DNA of 32,000 nucleotides from Edaphobacter aggregans (GTDB lineage Bacteria; Acidobacteriota; Terriglobia; Terriglobales; Acidobacteriaceae): NCBI RefSeq assembly GCF_003945235.1, contig NZ_RSDW01000001.1, positions 5,340,001 to 5,372,000 of the forward strand, read 5' to 3'. Shown piece by piece: positions 31,562 to 32,000 of this stretch (position 1 is its first letter; each line of letters starts with the position of its first letter). The notes under the pieces were generated by a model. It saw only the letters and a program-made list of their open reading frames with translations, ran no database searches and was not told where the DNA came from. The position numbers and the translations under genes were made by a program.

Positions 31562-32000
31562 TCAAAGCACGCGTTTGTTTGGAGGTCGTAACTGTTTTCT
31601 GGATGTCAGGAATAGACCAATTGCAAGGGTTCCCAAGACTGCAAACAAGAGTAGATCCAATACGAAATGCATTGCGTCAGGCGCGGGATGTCCCGGCGAT
31701 ACGGGAAATATCTTGAAGGTTCTTTCAAGTGCTTTTGCGTTACTGAGTGCCCGCTGATCAGCGCCGAAATCCAAGGCACCCACCAGCTCTGAATTTGAAG
31801 CAAAGCCCATACGCCGTATCCGGCTGCTCCTAACCACATAAGCCAGGTCCATCGCTTCCAAAATGCCAAGATGAAAAGCATCAGAGGAAGCACCATAAGA
31901 ATTGCGAAGCCAAATGCTAACGCTGCCTGTCCTTCTCGAGCCAGCTCACCCAACCTTTTTCCTGGTTGGTCGTTCCAAGCCCCTAGCCGAAACCAGAGAA
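31562..32000 (-). pseudogene. membrane protein continuing beyond the window, apparently frameshifted (or a sequencing error)
   Basis: The frame of ORF 31606-31953 stays open up to position 32000 and encodes Trp-rich TM helices (AALAFGFAILMVLPLMLFILAFW, WLMWLGAAGYGVWALLQIQSWWVPW). After about 31775 the plausible continuation (DFGADQRALSNAKALERTFKIFP...FVLDLLLFAVLGTLAIGLFL) is in the frame of ORF 31562-31861. Confidence 0.3.

Noticed and set aside
1-32000. tRNA, rRNA or tmRNA genes
   Set aside because: I found no T-loop-like GGTTCGAATCC/GGTTCAAATCC motif outside coding sequence and no rRNA-like stretch by eye. A proper tRNAscan or Infernal run is still advisable.

Overview
This is a 32-kb high-GC bacterial chromosomal segment. 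The gene content suggests an Acidobacteriota-like soil bacterium: a VWFA-related acidobacterial-type protein, a PEP-CTERM protein, membrane-anchored CadC/ToxR-like wHTH regulators with beta-propeller or TPR sensors, and a TAT-signal 5'-nucleotidase. That assignment is inference only, since no search was possible. I support about 23 protein-coding genes, one apparently intact IS110-family element and four decayed genes. The decayed genes are two IS110-family transposases, an arylsulfatase remnant and a possibly frameshifted membrane protein at the right edge. I saw no tRNA, rRNA or CRISPR array.

Gene order, left to right:
- two weak small ORFs
- hsp20
- decayed IS110 copy 1
- 5'-nucleotidase
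- sulfatase remnant
- outer-membrane barrel
- wHTH/beta-propeller regulator
- secreted protein
- IS110 copy 2
- PEP-CTERM protein
- wHTH/TPR regulator
- frameshifted IS110 copy 3
- VWA-like protein
- a stretch of small ORFs around a tyrosine recombinase
- a two-gene zincin-like module
- an operon of ECF sigma, membrane protein and serine hydrolase
- a double-DTG aspartyl protease
- two GNAT acetyltransferases
- an edge membrane protein

Most unusual observations:
1. Nearly every intergenic spacer is assembled from one family of about 33-36-nt quasi-palindromic units. The core is CCG-AAA..TTT-CGG with a CAAGTTCGAC tail. Units occur in direct and inverted arrangements and as decaying tandem arrays.
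2. A leaderless zincin-like protein (HEIAEVMGR motif) is fused to a roughly 90-aa domain I do not recognise. It is translationally coupled to a small protein that begins with a paralog of the same domain. The pair sits in a recombinase-associated stretch where small unrelated ORFs are each bracketed by the repeat arrays.
3. All three IS110-family copies sit inside these repeat arrays. The flanks of copy 2 regenerate a repeat unit when joined.
4. An SD-sequestering hairpin with a bulged G lies upstream of hsp20 and is a candidate RNA thermometer.
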